From an uncultured Phycisphaerae bacterium (lineage in GTDB: Bacteria > Planctomycetota > Phycisphaerae > Tepidisphaerales > Tepidisphaeraceae), in the NCBI GenBank assembly GCA_964236135.1, contig CAXSBN010000040.1:1-15212 (forward strand): DNA of 15,212 nucleotides, written 5' to 3'. Both the position numbers and the translations under genes were made by a program. Below the pieces are notes generated by a model. It saw nothing but the letters and a program-made list of their open reading frames with translations, was not told where the DNA came from and did not search any database. This document shows, in pieces, positions 14,609 through 15,212 of the stretch (position 1 is the first letter of the stretch; every line of letters begins with the position of its first letter).

Positions 14609-14640
14609 AAAGGCTCCGGATCGTCCGGAGCCTTTCGCTT
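14609..14640. terminator. hairpin between convergent genes (likely bidirectional terminator), immediately followed by third copy of CGCTTGCGCCTTCGCG
   Basis: AGGCTCCGGA-tcg-TCCGGAGCCT is a 10-bp perfect stem followed by TTTCGCTT. On the other strand it is preceded by a T-rich tract. Confidence 0.6.
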
Positions 14641-14668
14641 GCGCCTTCGCGGCGTCGCGGTGGAATCG

Positions 14669-15212
14669 CTACTTCGACTTCACTTCATCGCTCAAATCAA
14701 CGCGGGTCGCGGTCTTGATGAGTTGGAGCAGCGCCGGCCCGTCGGGCGGCGGGCTGGCGCGGATGGCGATGATCGCCAGCGATGCCGCGCCGCTGCCGGC
14801 TTTGGTCAGAAGCGCTGAAACCGCTCGCGCGCTTTTGACCCGGAAGGCATCCCCGTATGCCGCGATCCATTCCGGCTTAATCGATTTCGCGTCCGGCGGA
14901 TGAATCAGATCAATTGAATCGGCGTGGATCGGATTGCGCGGGTTATCCATCAAAATGCGCGACAGCAGCCCGGCCGTGTCCAGGCCGATGAGGTCGGCCA
15001 TGTACCGCGTTGAAAGCGTCGCCTCGCAGCCCATCGCAAACCATTGTTGATCGTCACGAAGCTTCAGCGGCAGGAAGGTTTGCGATTGGAGAAAGTCGAT
15101 GACCGCCAACTGCGTGACGACTTCCGCCCGCCGGGAAATCGCGTTGGCAACCGCCGCCTCGTTGCGCGCGATTACCCGCGTGAGCTGTGCGCGGCGTTCG
15201 TCGACCGTCGTC
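14669..15212 (-). CDS. hypothetical protein, 5'-truncated by window edge (frame stays open to 15212)
   Basis: The ORF track begins at a TTG at 15109, but the same frame reads through to the window end (...TTVDERRAQLTRVIARNEAAVANAISRRAEVVTQLAVIDF...). The stop is a TAG at 14669-14671. I recognise no family. Confidence 0.5.
   Translation of the reverse strand, partial: TTVDERRAQLTRVIARNEAAVANAISRRAEVVTQLAVIDFLQSQTFLPLKLRDDQQWFAMGCEATLSTRYMADLIGLDTAGLLSRILMDNPRNPIHADSIDLIHPPDAKSIKPEWIAAYGDAFRVKSARAVSALLTKAGSGAASLAIIAIRASPPPDGPALLQLIKTATRVDLSDEVKSK

Noticed and set aside
1-15212. CRISPR arrays, rRNA, tRNA, integrase/att sites, toxin-antitoxin or known defence-system genes
   Set aside because: I saw no spacer-repeat arrays and no rRNA-like or cloverleaf-capable segments. 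No recombinase or defence-family motifs were recognisable in any frame. The only mobile-element trace is the transposase relic at 2820-3035.

Overview
This is a 15.2 kb high-GC (~60%) bacterial chromosomal segment. Gene content and the S/T/A/P-rich low-complexity proteins suggest a Planctomycetota-like organism, which is inference only. The content is mostly ordinary core and stress genes. In order: an ECF sigma factor and a co-oriented 636-aa single-pass anti-sigma factor; the C-terminal relic of an IS4-superfamily DDE transposase; an inositol-monophosphatase-family gene (-); an XRE-HTH + S24 (LexA/CI-like) repressor (-); a small lipoprotein (-); a 749-aa flotillin/SPFH protein (+); an HU-family protein (+); a PA2169/DUF2383-type four-helix-bundle protein (+); rpsR (-); a GH4 family glycoside hydrolase (-); rsmG (+); a Tat-signal DUF4142 protein (+); and a 5'-truncated hypothetical gene at the right edge (-). 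I found no rRNA, tRNA or CRISPR and no obvious defence or secretion system. The interesting material is at small scale. (1) A repeat-rich locus spans 4264-5019: two back-to-back tandem duplications sit 3' of the repressor gene, and an in-frame 138-bp block of five 12-mers plus an inverted heptamer-repeat hairpin lies inside the repressor linker. (2) The exact 16-mer CGCTTGCGCCTTCGCG occurs three times, always intergenic. (3) A duplicated anti-SD/SD hairpin motif, CCTCTC..GGAGAGAGGAG..ATGCGG, occurs at 7-46 and 13686-13714. (4) The anti-sigma factor carries in-frame 12-bp tandem repeats and a C-terminal Poly_export/SLBB-like beta-grasp segment. (5) A 716-bp divergent intergenic region carries three copies of AATTGGCTTCGT. 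All family assignments are from motif recognition by eye; no searches were run.
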